In this document: positions 12,659 through 26,394 of the stretch, piece after piece
Position numbering within the stretch: position 1 is the first letter of the stretch
Layout: each line of letters opens with the position of its first letter
DNA from: Octopus sinensis
Lineage: Eukaryota
Assembly: GCF_006345805.1 (NCBI RefSeq)
Contig: NC_042999.1
Location: 34,534,001 to 34,598,000 of the forward strand
Length of the DNA: 64,000 nucleotides
Direction: 5' to 3'
Notes under the pieces: generated by a model
Told to the model about the DNA's origin: nothing
The model's input: the letters and a program-made list of their open reading frames with translations, nothing else
Database searches by the model: none
Translations under genes and position numbers: made by a program

Positions 12659-13994
12659 TCAGTAGTTTTATTTTTATTTTTATAGCGTGCTTTCACTTCA
12701 CTACCGAGCGCAGCTCTGTGTGCCTTGGGTATGTGCTGTGATTTGTTGTGATGCTCTGATGGTTATTGTATGGAAAGTGTTCTGCGTAGGATGTGTGCAG
12801 TGCCTAGTAGTGCAATTTTCTGTATGTTATATGTGTTTGTAAGTCCTGGTGTTTTTGTTATGTATTTGTCTGAATATTTGTCTGAATAGTTTTCCTCTTT
12901 TCATGGTTACTTTGGCGCATTTTTCTAATCCAAATTTCATATCTATTTCTTTGGTAAATCCATGAACTGTCTTTAATAGTGTTTCCAGCTGTTTGTCATT
13001 TGCAGCGTATAGTTTTAGATCATCCATATATAAAAGGTGGCTGATCGTTTTGCCGTAACATTTATATCCGCATCCAGTTCTATTTAGCATATCAGATAGA
13101 GGTGACAGTGCCAAGCAGAAAAGGAGTGGAGAGAGCGTATCTCCCTGGAATATTCCTCTTCTAATGGGGATGTCTTTGGTTTTCATGATTCCCTCTTTTG
13201 TTTGGAGGTGTAGGACTGTTTGCCATTTATTCATAGAGTGCTCTATGAATTTTATGATTGTTGGTGCTACTTTGTTAATGGCTAGTGTTTCGAGGATCCA
13301 TGTGTGGGGTATGCTATCAAACGCCTTTTTGTAGTCAATCCAGGCCATACTGAGGCCTTTCTTCTTTCTGTGGCTGTCTTCAGTTATGGCTTTATTAATC
13401 ATTAGTTGATCTTTACAGCCATATGAGCCTTTGCGGCATCCTTTCTGCTCTTCTGGGAACAGTTTGTATTCGTCCAGGTGCTTGTTCAGCCTTTGTGATA
13501 TCACTGCAGTAAATGCCTTGAACATAGTAGGGAGGCAGGTTATTGGTCTGTAGTTTTCTGTTTTTTCTGTTTCATTTGATTTGGGAATTAAGATGGTTTT
13601 CCCCTTCGTGAGCCATTCAGGCATTGTCTCTGGCTCTGCTAGTACGTTGTTAAAGTTTTCAGCCAGCTTTTTGTGCATTCCTGTTAGATATTTCAACCAG
13701 AAGTTGGGGATCTTGTCATGCCCAGGTGCCTTCCAGTTGCTTAGTCTTTGCAGTGACTGGGTGACCTCTTCAGTTGTTATGGGGGTCCAAGTTTGTTCAG
13801 ATGCCGAGTTTGTTATTTTGATACTCCTTTTTTTTGGTGGTTCGTTCGCCGACCATATTTCTCCCCAGAATTCTTCCAATTCTTCTGCCGTTGGTGCTGC
13901 AGTGACTTCTATTTTATTTTTGCCCAGTTCTTGGTAGAACTTTTTGGGGTCGGAGTTGAACTTTTTGTTCTGTTCAAAGAAGCGTTGGCGTTTC

Positions 13995-13996
<2 letters not shown>
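12659..13996 (-). mobile_element. R4/Dong-clade non-LTR retrotransposon, 5'-truncated and internally deleted, within (TAA)n
   Basis: ORF 12827-13879: NWKAPGHD, YRPITCL, EEQKGC, WIDYKKAFDS, GIFQGDTLSPLLF, YMDD; C-terminal IQKIALLGTAHILRRTL in another frame; both ends abut TAA/TTA repeats. Confidence 0.92.
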
Positions 13997-14025
<29 letters not shown>

Positions 14026-14084
14026 TATTATTATTATTATTTTATTATTATTATTATTATTATTATTATCATTATTATTATTAT

Positions 14085-14217
14085 TCAGTAGTTTTATTTT
14101 TATAACGTGCTTTCACTTCACTACCGAGCGCAGCTCTGTGTGCCCTGGGTATGTGCTGTGGTTTGTTGTGATGCTCTGATGGTTAATGTATTGAAAGTGC
14201 TTTGCCCAGTAGTGCAG
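14085..14217 (-). mobile_element. Second, severely 5'-truncated copy of the same Dong element
   Basis: 3' UTR near-identical to 12659-12790 (GTGCTTTCACTTCACTACCGAGCGCAGCTCTGTGTGCC), flanked by TAT repeats. Confidence 0.9.
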
Positions 14218-14226
14218 TCTGAATAT

Positions 14227-14279
<53 letters not shown>

Positions 14280-14280
14280 T

Positions 14281-14487
14281 TGGTAGAATCATTAGCATGT
14301 CCGGCGAAATGCTTGGCTGCATTTATCTGTTGCTACGTTCTGAGTTGAAATTCCACCGAGGTCAACTTTACCTTTAATCATTTCGGGGTCGATAAATTAG
14401 GTACGCGTGAAACACAGGGATCGATGTAATTTACTAGTCCCCTTCCCTCAAACTTTAGCCCTTGTGCCTATAGAAGAAAGGATTATT
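14281..14487 (+). mobile_element. SINE family A
   Basis: GTTCTGAGTTGAAATTCCACCGAGGTCAAC...GGGGTCGATAAATTAG...CTTGTGCCTATAGAAGAAAGGATTATT. Confidence 0.8.
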
Positions 14488-14760
14488 ACCTCTGCCTTTG
14501 AGAAGGCGGAGGCATTGTTTTCAGTCGTGTTTGTTTGCTTGCTTTTTGTTTATTTGTTTGTTTGACAGTGGAGAAGATATGTCAAGAACGGCTCTATGGA
14601 TTGGGACGAAACCTTCAGGGATTTTTGACCACGTGACTGGCACGAACCGATTAGATTTTGGGATCGGTACTTTAGGGGACAAGTATTCTAGATTATTTGT
14701 TATATTGACTTTGCTTTACGTAATTACGATCTTACGTCCACTTTCAAATCTTTCTCAATT
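14484..14760 (+). mobile_element. Probable non-autonomous Helentron (HINE/DINE-1-like) 5' part
   Basis: TTATTACCTCTGCC start with short hairpin CCTCTGCC/GGCGGAGG, then a GTTT-type microsatellite and GATTGGGACGAAACCTT core; this matches HINE organisation. No 3' end found. Confidence 0.5.
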
Positions 14761-14919
14761 ATGTCCCATTAAGCTCTTTCCAAAGCTTTATTTTCGTTTC
14801 TCTATTATTAATTTTATTCGCATCTCTAAGAAAATGATGGATAATGAAATCAAATTACATAAACAAACAGCAACCAAAACGAACGTTCAGAAATTAAATA
14901 GCACTTAATATTATTATAG

Positions 14920-14991
<72 letters not shown>

Positions 14992-15379
14992 ATATATATA
15001 CATATATATAGGGTAGAGGATATTCGTTATAAATATCACCACCTGTGGCCTAGCATGTACAAATAGTAAAAAGACAACCTATTCAAATTTTAAAATAGTG
15101 TACAATTAAACAAAAAAGAAATTACCCTTTAACAGGTAATTTTACATGCTAGAAGAAACAGCCAACACGGCCAAAACCACGATTTAATAGCAATTTTCGA
15201 AGGAATGAAAAATAAAAAAAAAATTTACCTTGTTATTTTTATTTGTGGTTATACCATGGTTTCAAATTTGTTTCCAAATAATATTATCTGCCTCCTTTTA
15301 ATAGGCAATTTAACAAACAATATTATCTGTCCTTACGTTCTGAGTGAAAATTCCCTTTGTTTAACGTCATTTTCATAGC

Positions 15380-15494
15380 ATATTTTGATTGCCTCGATAA
15401 CGGAAGAGATGCCGGAGAGGCTTTCCGCACCGACGTCCGAAATTCGGAGTCGTATCATGGCAACTGAATAATTTGTCACATATTATATTACAGC

Positions 15495-15495
<1 letters not shown>
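15380..15495 (+). mobile_element. Second HH3-family repeat with degenerate hammerhead
   Basis: GATAA(15396-400)/GTATC(15452-56), core CGGAAGA, helix II GATGCCGG/CCGACGTC, GAAA 15439-42, TTCGGAG, TC; shared downstream CTGAATAATTTGTCACATATTAT. Confidence 0.6.
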
Positions 15496-15551
<56 letters not shown>

Positions 15552-15689
15552 TTGTGTGTGCGCGCGCAAGTATATATGTAATTAATTGAATCGTAGCAGT
15601 TGCATTTGTAAAGAGTAAAAACTCTATCAAGCCAACATACTTAAATTCATTGTGTAGATGTAAAGACAGAAGTTGCAATCTTCGTCTTA

Positions 15690-16620
15690 AAAAATCCATT
15701 CAAAGATATATTTATCCTTCTGATGTAAAGTTAGATATTTCCTTTCCTTTTGTATGGCTGAAACCTTCTAATCCCAGCCACGTTGAAGAAATCTCTGCTG
15801 CCTCCACAGCCTACCTCATAGTCTTTGCTCTGCGTGATTTCTTATGACAAGAATGCTGTAAGCTCTATAGAAGGACAAACCTACAAATGCTCTGCATTTC
15901 ATCTAGGTGTAATCACTCTTCCCTTCAATTGCTTTGATATGAATCCACTAGCTCAGCATATTTGCGCTGTTGCAAGTAAGTCAGATAAGGCAAACCAGGC
16001 AGTTGCCATTTCTTTCTCGTCGTCCCTGACAAAAGTGAAACTTCTCTTCGGATGGAATCTGCTATAACTCGGCGAAACCCCGTCAAACGTCTACCAGTAG
16101 CGTCCCTCTCCCATGGGCATTTGGATAGATATTGAGAATCCGCTCTAGGGTTTCTCTCCTCGTGTACAGTGGGGAAACTGCTGGCTCCGAATTTCCTCAA
16201 CAGAGCAAGTTGCTTGATAGTATATTGTAAACTGCTTAAACTAGATTTAACACGTGGGACTCCTCTTTTGAAAAGTCAGCTGATAAAACTTAACTGCCCA
16301 TCATTTGATACCCTCTCATCAAGCTTCCTGGCGTCTCATCTCAATACATTTACTGTCTCGTTATACCTCAATCGCTTCACCTCAATCGAAGCTCATACCT
16401 CGCATTGGATCAGTAACTTCCTGTCCTTTCCTTGCACACCGCCATAGTTAGGTATTGAAGTGGTAACCAGGCCGATATTTCCGCGAGGTACAAACCCCAA
16501 CATGAGGCTGCAAAACACCAGACATAAGGAGCAGCTCGTCACACTACAGCTCCGCTGACTTTACCAAGATATTCGTTGCAATGTCTCTAATGAGGTTCCA
16601 TCTTTGAGACACAATAATTG
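15690..16620 (+). mobile_element. Decayed CR1/L2-like LINE fragment
   Basis: Fragmentary translations (QHICAVASK, HLDRY, WISNFLS) resemble CR1/L2 ORF2; heavily interrupted. Confidence 0.4.
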
Positions 16621-17309
16621 TTTTTACTTTCCAAAATCCTCATTTTTTATTGCATGAGTTAGCAATATAGCTCTTTCTCTTACTACTAACCCTGCCGTTC
16701 TTTAAATTATAATTCTTCGTTGTTTCAATTATTGTTTGATATTTCTAAAGATATTTCATGCAATGTAATCATTCAAATCGCAGTTCTGATGTTGTCTTCT
16801 GTATTTTTCAAACATCTCCCATTTCCCTTCCTGTAGACGTGTTTTAATTTACTATAAAAAGAGCAGAGTGTATGGACTCTGGCATACCCAACGTGATGAG
16901 TGCCTTCAGAATATTAGCTCTAGATAGATATGCCCCAGGCATTATCTTCGATACTTCTCTTGTACGCCTTGAAGATTTTCTGTCATGTCCTTTTCTATTA
17001 CTGTATCACCCTGGAGCTCATCTACATACTTTCATTCTCCTTCAGCGACTTAACGATACCTTGTAGTGTTTCTATCCCATATGATTGTTCGACATATATC
17101 CATTATAAAAACTGCTTGTTTACTCACGAGAAATTATATAGTAATATGATAAATATCCATACAGATATTATTTCAGTTCTGATATATAGTTTGTGATAAT
17201 TTGTTCTTATCCGCTTTTAACAAATTTACATGCATCGCCGGATATTCTCCGTAAGCTTCTCAGAAGAGGAGTTAACGAAGAAGGAAAGAAATGAAAAGAA
17301 CGTGTCTCC

Positions 17310-17790
17310 TTGAAATATTTCCCTGTAGATTTTCACATATTCTAAAGATTTCTTGCGCACCTGGGAAAAGGAATTGTTACCAGAAAAGCAGGAGGGTTAC
17401 GGGAAGAAATCATATAGCACTGATGAACATTTATTGTACATGAATGGAATGTTACTATACTATTGACCAACTGTTTGAACACTCTAGCCTTTTGAAGAGT
17501 AACCTTCGAAGAGGAATGCAGGAGTGGGGATTCTGGAGACAAGTGTTTAACCGAGTTTGCCAGCAGAGAAGGAATTGTAGCAGCAGAAACACTAAGTACT
17601 AAGAAAGAATTTAGTTATTGGCTGGCTGGATTATTGGCCTTTAGAGCTCTTGGGAATTTGCGTGGGTAATGAGATGTTTAATATTCCAACGCGTTTTCTA
17701 AACAAAAGCTGTTAGACTTTCTGATTCTCAAGAGCTCCTACAGCTTTGAGAGCGTCAACTCCAGGCGACTACATAGATACCCGAAGCAAT
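17310..17790 (-). mobile_element. Decayed CR1/L2-like LINE 3' end
   Basis: Minus-strand IPFPRCARNL resembles the CR1/L2 terminal SFFPRTSRLWN motif. Confidence 0.35.
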
Positions 17791-18343
17791 TTGTTAAATC
17801 ATGGTACACACAAACACGTCATACTTCTTTGCATCTAACGGGAGTGCAATAAAAATAGTTTCACTGAGACAATACATTATTTATATTTGCACTCACTCAA
17901 CCATACGCAATTATCAAATTTATCGAGAGATTTTTTTTCATATGTTATTTAAAAATCACCTCTCATATGATATATGCATTAAAGAATTAAAGTGAAAGAT
18001 TTAAAAATTCTAACTTTATAATTCTTAATTCAATTAGTATTTTTCCATCAGAATGCAGTGGCAACTCCTTCCCAAAATTTAATAAAAGAAAAAGTATGAA
18101 ATGTGAAATTTAAATGATTGCATTAATATGATTAACTGCACGTGGAAAATATTGATCATAGAAGTCTCGATATATTTATTATGATATAGATACAATGCAC
18201 ACCTATAAGTTCATTGTAATTTTGATCATTATCCCGCTACTTTTTCACAAACACATACATATACATATATATGCATACATACATATATGCATGCATATAT
18301 ACATATATGTATGTATATATATATATATATATATATTATATTA

Positions 18344-18383
<40 letters not shown>

Positions 18384-18405
18384 TATATTATATATATATA
18401 TATAT

Positions 18406-18474
<69 letters not shown>

Positions 18475-18849
18475 CATGCTTAAATACAAATACATATTTT
18501 TGAATATATATTAGAAGAAATAAGGTACTCAGAAATCTGGATGTTTTTTTTTAATTTACAGATTTTTATTAATTTGTCACATGTTTTTTATAAGTCATAT
18601 ATTAGCGCTTGCATCCACTCTAGTGGATCCTTCAGATTTTTAATACGTATATACATATGTGTATATATATATATATGTATACACACACAAACACATATAT
18701 ATATATATATATACATATATGTATGTTTGTATGTGCGTATGTATGAATGTATGTATGTCTGTATGTATGTATGTATGTATGTATGTATTATGTATGTATG
18801 TATGTATGTATGTATGTATGTATGTAGGCATGTGTCGCTTGTCATTTAT

Positions 18850-19060
18850 CGTTTGTCTCAGTCATCAGAATGAAGTGGCAACTCCTTCGAGAATTTTAGT
18901 CGAACAAATCCACTCCACTATTTATTTTTTTAAGCATCGTACGTATTTTATTTGTATCTGATGCCGACTCGCATAATTACGGAAGTATAAACACAACAGC
19001 GCTGGTTGTGACGCTGTCGAGGGGGACAAACACAAACACAAAGACACGCTCACACTGACA
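18850..19060 (-). mobile_element. Decayed SINE family B body
   Basis: TTTAGTCGAACAAATC...GGGGGACAAACACAAACACAAAGACAC is the reverse complement of the family B body. Confidence 0.65.
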
Positions 19061-19072
19061 CACACACGCGTA

Positions 19073-19135
<63 letters not shown>

Positions 19136-19149
19136 ATCTATCTACTATC

Positions 19150-19213
<64 letters not shown>

Positions 19214-19339
19214 GTGTGTGTGTGTGTGTTTGTGTTTGCGTGTGTGAGTGTGTGTTTGTGCCTATGAGTGTGTGTGTGTACTGTGAGTAAATGTCTCTTA
19301 AAAATAGTCTATGGTAAATCAATGTCATTTTCGGCTGTC

Positions 19340-20000
19340 CGTCGTAGGTCGAGGTTGCGCGTTCACTTGGAGAAATTATCACTGGCAGGCTTGCATGTGA
19401 GTAAAAGGATTGCTTTTAACCTGTAACAGCGATGAAACCTGCTACACCTGAAGACAAATGTCACATCTCGTGTAATCTTTCGTATTATCCCTGTTTTGTT
19501 AATCTTAAACGGCTGTAAATTTCGAGTTTCAACGGCCAATACCATTCATCGCGCTGCAAGACTTTCTCCTCACAGGTGTCTGGGAAATGCCGGAATTCTT
19601 CATGTGTTTCTTCAGTTCATCGCCGGGCCTCAGCTTCTGGTCATTGCAGCTACTCCTGCTATGACGCAATTCAGCGTAACAATATGAAATTCAGAGCCTA
19701 TTATCTATCTGGAAACATGTCCTAACCAGCGCAGATGTGACGAGGTAATGAGAACCTCCAATCTAACCGGTCCTGCACGGCATCGGACCTCCACATCACG
19801 ATTGTAGAACTACTATCTGATATACAATATGAAGCGCACATGACGAAGTTTGAGCCTTAATGTGCCTGTGGCAGATGGCCATGAATTTCGTGGTTTTTGT
19901 ATTTATATGTATGCTATATAAGATATTACAGCTCGTTTTCAAAGCTTTTACTAATATACATTCTTGTCTCCTGGGAGAGGTGATACAGCCGTACATTGCT
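19340..20000 (-). mobile_element. Decayed RTE LINE 3' fragment
   Basis: Minus-strand LEVLITSSHLRWLGHVSR...YAELRHSRSS..QKLRPGDELKKHMK matches the RTE C-terminus. Confidence 0.65.
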
Positions 20001-20064
20001 GGCACTTCGTAATAAGAACCACTTTAGATTTTGTTAGCATTATTGACTAAAATAGATTTACGTA

Positions 20065-20540
20065 CCGTAAATCCTCAAGTATAGTCCGCCCTTAAGTATA
20101 ATACACAGGGGACTTTTAGTGAGCTGTACCTGTGAAAAACCTAAACCTTGTGTATAATACACACCCTTCTCTAAATTGAGTCAAGGAGGTATTTTATTAT
20201 TATTGTATATATAACATAATGCAAACGTATTGCTTTTTTCTGAACTTATTTGCAGAAAATAAAGAATTAACAATAATAACAGTAATAACGTTTACTAAAT
20301 GTTGCTTACTGCAAGTTATGGGAGATTCTTTTATGATTTCCTTGCCTTCAGGCGTAGCTTAAGGTATTTTCGCGCCCGACATCACAAAATGCGTCTGAAT
20401 AAACATTTCCAGACAGCAAATAGAGACCCGGACATTGTATAGAAAATAATTTTTATTTTTAATCTCGTATATAGTACGCATTAATTATTTTGACCTTTAA
20501 ACTTTGGCAAAAAAATGCGGATTATACTCAAGGATTTAAG
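20065..20540. mobile_element. pogo/Tigger-like MITE
   Basis: TA|CCGTAAATCCTCAAGTATAGTCCGC ... GCGGATTATACTCAAGGATTTAAG|TA imperfect ~25-bp TIRs with TA duplication. Confidence 0.75.
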
Positions 20541-21439
20541 TAATGTCGTTTGCTAACATATACATACACTGACAAAAACACACAAACACTCATACATACG
20601 TACAAAACATATGTGCATTTGTATGTGCACGCCTTTGTGTGTGTGTGAGTATGCGTGTGTGTGCGTATGTGCGCGTGTGCGCGAACAGCAGAATGACACG
20701 AGTTCTATTTGAGTACAGCTGTTTCGTAACCTTGTTCATGTATTATTGATTTTAATGGTGCATCAATATGTAAGTACGTCATTATGCGTACAACAATATA
20801 TTTAAAAATGAATGCAAATAAAGTGAGTCTATTAGGTCATTGGAACATCATATTTCCAAATCCAGTTCAACTATAAGTATATACCTATATAAACATGTAT
20901 GTGAGCGAGTGTGTGTGTGTGCGTGTGTGTGTGTGTTTAACATCTCTCATAGCATATAACGAAGCAAAGAGAGAGTTACATACATACATATCATTGTGCG
21001 TGTGTGTGAGTGAGTGTGTGCGTGTGTGTGTGAGTGAGTGTGTGCGTGTGTGTGTGTATGTGTGCGTGCGTGTTAGTTTGTGTATGTGTGTACGTTGCGT
21101 GCGTGTATGTACGTGTATGTGTGTGTGTGTCTTGTGAATATATGTCAACTGATTACCTCCATTCTTGAAATATCAGCAATTTCGTTTTGGATTTTTTTCG
21201 ATTAATAAGAAATGAAATCATTATTTTGTTTGTCTTCCTTACTTTTCATCGACATAATATGTATTATTATCAGTCGTATGTTCGCGAGGCATGTTTTCCA
21301 TATGAATACTGAGGAATTTCTGTTCTAGAAGTGCAAAGAAGTGAATAGAGGAATAGAGGAAAATAGTGCAAAGAAGTGAATAGAGATGTAAAAAAGAAAG
21401 AAAGAAAGAAATAGTGTAAAAGAAAAATAGATAGGCAAA

Positions 21440-21783
21440 AAGGGGATGAAGAAGAAGAGGAAGGTGAAGAAGATGAGGAAGAAGAAGAAGAAAACGAAGA
21501 AGAAGACGAAGAAGAAGAAGACGAAGAAGAAGAAGACGAAGAAGAAGAAGACGAAGAAGAAGAAGACGAAGAAGAAGAAGACGAAGAAGAGGAGGAGGAG
21601 GAAGATGAGGAAGAAGAAGAAGAAGAAGGAGAAGAAGAAGAAGAAGGAGCAGAAGGAGAAGAAGAAGCAGAAGAAGAAGAAGTAGAAGAAGAAGAAGAAG
21701 AAGAAGAAGAAGAAGAAGAAGAAGAAGAAGAAGAAGAAGAAGAAGAAGAAGAAGAAGAAGAAGAAGAAAAAGAAGAAGAAGAA
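21440..21783. repeat. (GAA)n/(GAAGAC)n microsatellite
   Basis: Direct inspection; source of poly-K and poly-L ORFs. Confidence 0.98.
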
Positions 21784-22755
21784 ATGTTATCATCAATAAA
21801 TCCCTCTAGGTGTGTGTAATATATATATGGTAAAAAGTCGAAGATGTCAACAGTGAAATGGGTTCAAATTGAATTTCAGTTGAATTTTGCTAAGTGCGAT
21901 AAATCAAAGAAAATTCCTCACAGACACTTTTGGAATACCACTTTTTCAGGAGTTGCAAATTTACTAGTAGTGGACTCATAAAGTGATCTTATTGCCAGTA
22001 AGTTGAATGCAGTTCATGAGACACAAAAGTGAAAACAGATTGCTATCTATTTTTCAGCACCGGAGATACACAGACTAAATAATTGATGTGTGCAGGTGTG
22101 TGTATGTGTGTGTGTGTGAATCAGTGTACCTGTATAGGAATCTTAAGGAGCATATGTAAGAAGGAAAACACTGGAGTCACAACTTCAAATGTTATTGTAT
22201 TAGTTTAACTTCTAAAAAGAGGAAAGAGCAGATTATTGACGTTTCGGATATTAGGTCTTCGCCACAAGAGAAGCACAGGCAGAGTTAGGGAGAGGAAAAT
22301 TTGATCATAACGGAAGGAAGCACGGGTAAAAATCACGGGCCAGTGTTGAATGCTGTCCTATGGAAGGAGTTAAAAACGTTAGAATGGAGCAATGTGTAAG
22401 CACGTTTAGGAATATGTGTGTATGAGTGTATGCGTGTGTGTCGTAGTGTTCACGTGTGTATAAATGAGATTCTCTCTCTACTACTATTATCTACTTCAAT
22501 ATTTTTTTTTTGTTTCAGCCATTTATATCGGTTTTTATCTTTTCCCTTGTAATCAGTGGTTCTCCTCTTGCTAGTAACTACTATTTAACTCCCATTAATG
22601 CTCATTCCATCTTTCCAAGAACGACTATACGACGATACATTTTACCATCCCTAACATCGTTCTTTTGTCTAAACAAATACAAATTACAGTTTTAAAATAT
22701 TTATATAAATACACTACGCTTACTATAGTATACATACATGAATATATATATAATA

Positions 22756-22793
<38 letters not shown>

Positions 22794-22925
22794 TCATGTA
22801 TGTACACTATAAAAAGAAACTGAATTTTGTTTTTGTATGAGCGTGTGTAGATATATATACATATAGATTTATATGCATGCGTATATGTATATATACACAT
22901 ACATACATACATATATATATATTAT

Positions 22926-22957
<32 letters not shown>

Positions 22958-23417
22958 CATATACATATGCATATACATCCACACACACATCCACACACAC
23001 ACACCCACACATATATATATATACATATATATATATGAATGCGTTCGCGTACACATAGACACATGTATAAATTATCGTTATATGAAAACATATAAGGTCT
23101 ACTTCTCAATATACAATTATATGATTTTTGTGTAAATTTTCTTTTGTATTTTGATATATATTTATTTAAATCTAGAACTGTATGACGCTAATGGGTTCCT
23201 TTAATATATATATAGATAACAGCTGGTAGCCTAAATGCATTTACATTTTGGGATAATGAGTTTTCCTGATATATCGTATAAGATATAGCACAACCGAAGG
23301 TGATCATTTCCAAATCTATTCTACCTACTTAACTCTCTCGATTTTACACTCTGATTTGTGTATTTCTTTATATATCTGTCTATCTATCTATTTATCTATC
23401 TACCCATCTATATATAC

Positions 23418-23516
<99 letters not shown>

Positions 23517-24175
23517 AGTGCTGGAGAGAGAGAGAGTGAGAGACAAATACAAATGCCACGCCCGACTAATTCTATCGGGACCTGATAAACATTATGTCCA
23601 GCGAAGAGTATATAAAGTTATGCAGGTTAAATACACCGGGCGATCCATATGCTTTAGAGTTTTCAACAATTGATTGTTTGAGACATAAATTGCAGAATAG
23701 ATTAGCAATCAGGCAAAAATGAAGAACTGTGTTTTTACAAAACTTTATTCACTGTAACAAATATTCGAAATGCATGGAGGAAATATATTCTCACTATACA
23801 ATGGCTTCAATGAATAATTAGTTATTTAATTAATCAATTATTTAGTGGAACCATTAGCCTTTAACCATTCTCTTCAGATCATAAATCGGTAGATTTCAGA
23901 TTCTGTAACACATATTATTGGACTACATATAGGAGATATATCAAATTACCTCTGATTTTTTTACATACTTGCCAAATTTACAGTTCAAGGTTTCTTCCAC
24001 TACAGGAGAGTGTCAGTCACTTAAAATATACCAGAGGTAGAATTGCTACTATTTACTATTCATACTATACAATTTATTTTTATAGAATCTAATATATTTT
24101 ATATCCTCATTATTTACAATATTTAATATATTTTCATACTATCTAACCTTTTTTTATATATCATCAAATATATAT

Positions 24176-24580
24176 TAAGGCTACGAGCTCGCAGAAACGT
24201 TAGCACGCCGGGCGATATGATTAGCGGTATTTCGTCAGCCGTTACGTTCTGAGTTCAAATTCCTCCCAGGTCGACGTTGCCTTTCATCCTCTCGGGGTCG
24301 ATAAATTAAGTACCAGTTACGCACTGGGGTCGATGTAATCGACTTAATCCGTCAGTCTATCCTTGTTTGTCCTCTCTGTGTTTAGCCCCTTGTGGGTAGT
24401 AAAGAAATAGGTATTTCGTCTCCTGATAAGTTGTGAGTTCAAATTCCGCCGAGGTCGACTTTGCCTTTCATCCTTTCGGGGTCGATAAACTAATTACTAG
24501 TTGCGTGCTGGGGTCGGTCTAATTGCCTGGTCCCCTCCCCCAATATTTCGGGCCTTGTGCCTTGAGTAGAAAGGATTATC
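24176..24580 (+). mobile_element. Dimeric SINE family A
   Basis: Full left monomer ending GTAGTAAAGAAATA, fused to a right monomer starting GGTATTTCG (~24411) and ending CTTGTGCC..GAAAGGATTA. Confidence 0.88.
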
Positions 24581-25155
24581 TAATATATTTTAATACTATC
24601 GACTTTTTTTATACTATCTAATATAAATCTTGGAATTTTTAAGTAACTAGAAGAGAGAACCGGGGTAGCTCAGCTAGATATATCATAAACGCATGTAAAT
24701 TTTATGAGGTAATTTTCCATGTTTCATATTAGGTTTACAACATTTAGTATTAACCATATAAAATAAAACCAGAATGGATTAAGTTCGCTACAATAAAGAT
24801 TAAAGGTAAAAATGCAGTTATGGAAAGAATAGTTGTTATATTTTCTAACAGATACTTTATGAAGTAAGAGTGTGTACCCATAATATGATAACGTAGACAT
24901 TGATAATATTTATAACTAGGTATGTTATTATGGAGGTTATTATATAAACCTAATAATGTGTGTAACTTTCAGAAAATGAACCTTGGATAACCAATTTCTA
25001 AGGAAAACTTTAAGGGGCGCTACCTCTTTGAAATTCAATCTCACATACACAATCATATTCATTCTTTTACTTAGAAGCTGTTCTGCGCAATAACGTCGAG
25101 CGCTTTATGCTATTGATGCTGTAAATGATCCAGTGTGATTGTCAGACGAAATATA

Positions 25156-26394
25156 AAGGAGAGTTGGCTGAAACGTCCATAGCCTGACCAACATACTTTC
25201 ATGGCATGTGACTAAATGATGTCTATTTTTCAAACTAGTACCCCTTTCAGTCCACAGGTTTCTTCCATCGGTGTTTCTGTACTTGAATCCCATTGGGGAA
25301 GCTTTCACCCTGTTGGTCAAGAGATTTATGAACATCAGATTTTACGTCATAATCACAGTCATAATGGTTCTCAGCGAAGTGTTTCGTCATGTTCGGAAAC
25401 TAACGATAGCAATCACATGCGGCCAAGGATAGGAAATTTGGTCAACTAGTTCAAAGGCACAGTCGCGCACAGCACAGCAAACGTTGAAACTAAGTGTGTT
25501 GGACCATTGCCCTGATGAAACAGAGTCCTTTTCTTGAGTTTTTTTGAGCGTTTGTTCTGGATAGCCTTTCGTAAATGCCTCATCAAGTTGGAATAGTACT
25601 TTCCATTGATGGTGTGGCCCTTTTGAAGATATTCAATAAACACAATGCATTTTGCATCCAAAAAACTGAAGTCATTAACTTCTATACAGTTGAAACGACC
25701 TTGGCCTTCTCTGAAGCAAGTAAAGAGGAGTGTTTCCACTGGAGTGTTTCTTTGTCTGTGGCTGAAACTGATTATCGCAACACTCATCCTAGGTTCGAAA
25801 ATGTTCAAAGAAACCTTCTGGATCTACCTCAAACAAAGCCAGACTTTTTCCCCTGATGTGATCAACCTTTAATCGGGAACCAGAAGGCATGGCACCAATA
25901 GAGCAGAAATCGTCATCATACTACATTCAATGTGTAGAATATTTTCAACTGTTTCACGGGATATGCAAATAACATGGCTATTCGATTAATCGCCAATCGC
26001 TTGTCATCATGTCGTGAACTCGATCAATGTTTTCCTCTGTTGCGACAATTTCAGGATGTCCAGACCTTGGCTTATCTTCAAGACTCTCCATTCCTTTCTA
26101 AATTCATCTGTTGATAAAGCTGGAATATCATCCCATAATATAGCAACCCTGTCAGCATGAATGCTGTTGGGGTCTAGGTCATTTTTCCTGCAGATACTTG
26201 ATAACACCATGATGCCAAAATTTTTTGATTTTTAAGAGATGTTGCTGCTAGTTATGCTTCAACTGTCATATGCCAGCTTAACTAGAAAGAAACAATGCAA
26301 TTATTAATAGGTGTTGAAATTTATACTTGCAAGATTTCACAGATCTAGCCTTACTCCTTCATAGTAAAGCTATGGACTTTTCAGCCAACCCTCG
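25156..26394 (-). mobile_element. Mariner transposon, near full length, decayed
   Basis: TIRs (TA)CGAGGGTTGGCTGAAAAGTCCATAGC at the right end and a degenerate match at ~25156; translations LEDKPRSG, FLDAKCIVFIEYLQKGHTINGKYY, LFHQGNGPTH. Confidence 0.9.

Noticed and set aside
16720-17300. Coding-like minus-strand fragments (ITLGMPESIHSAL)
   Set aside because: Too fragmented to assign to a family
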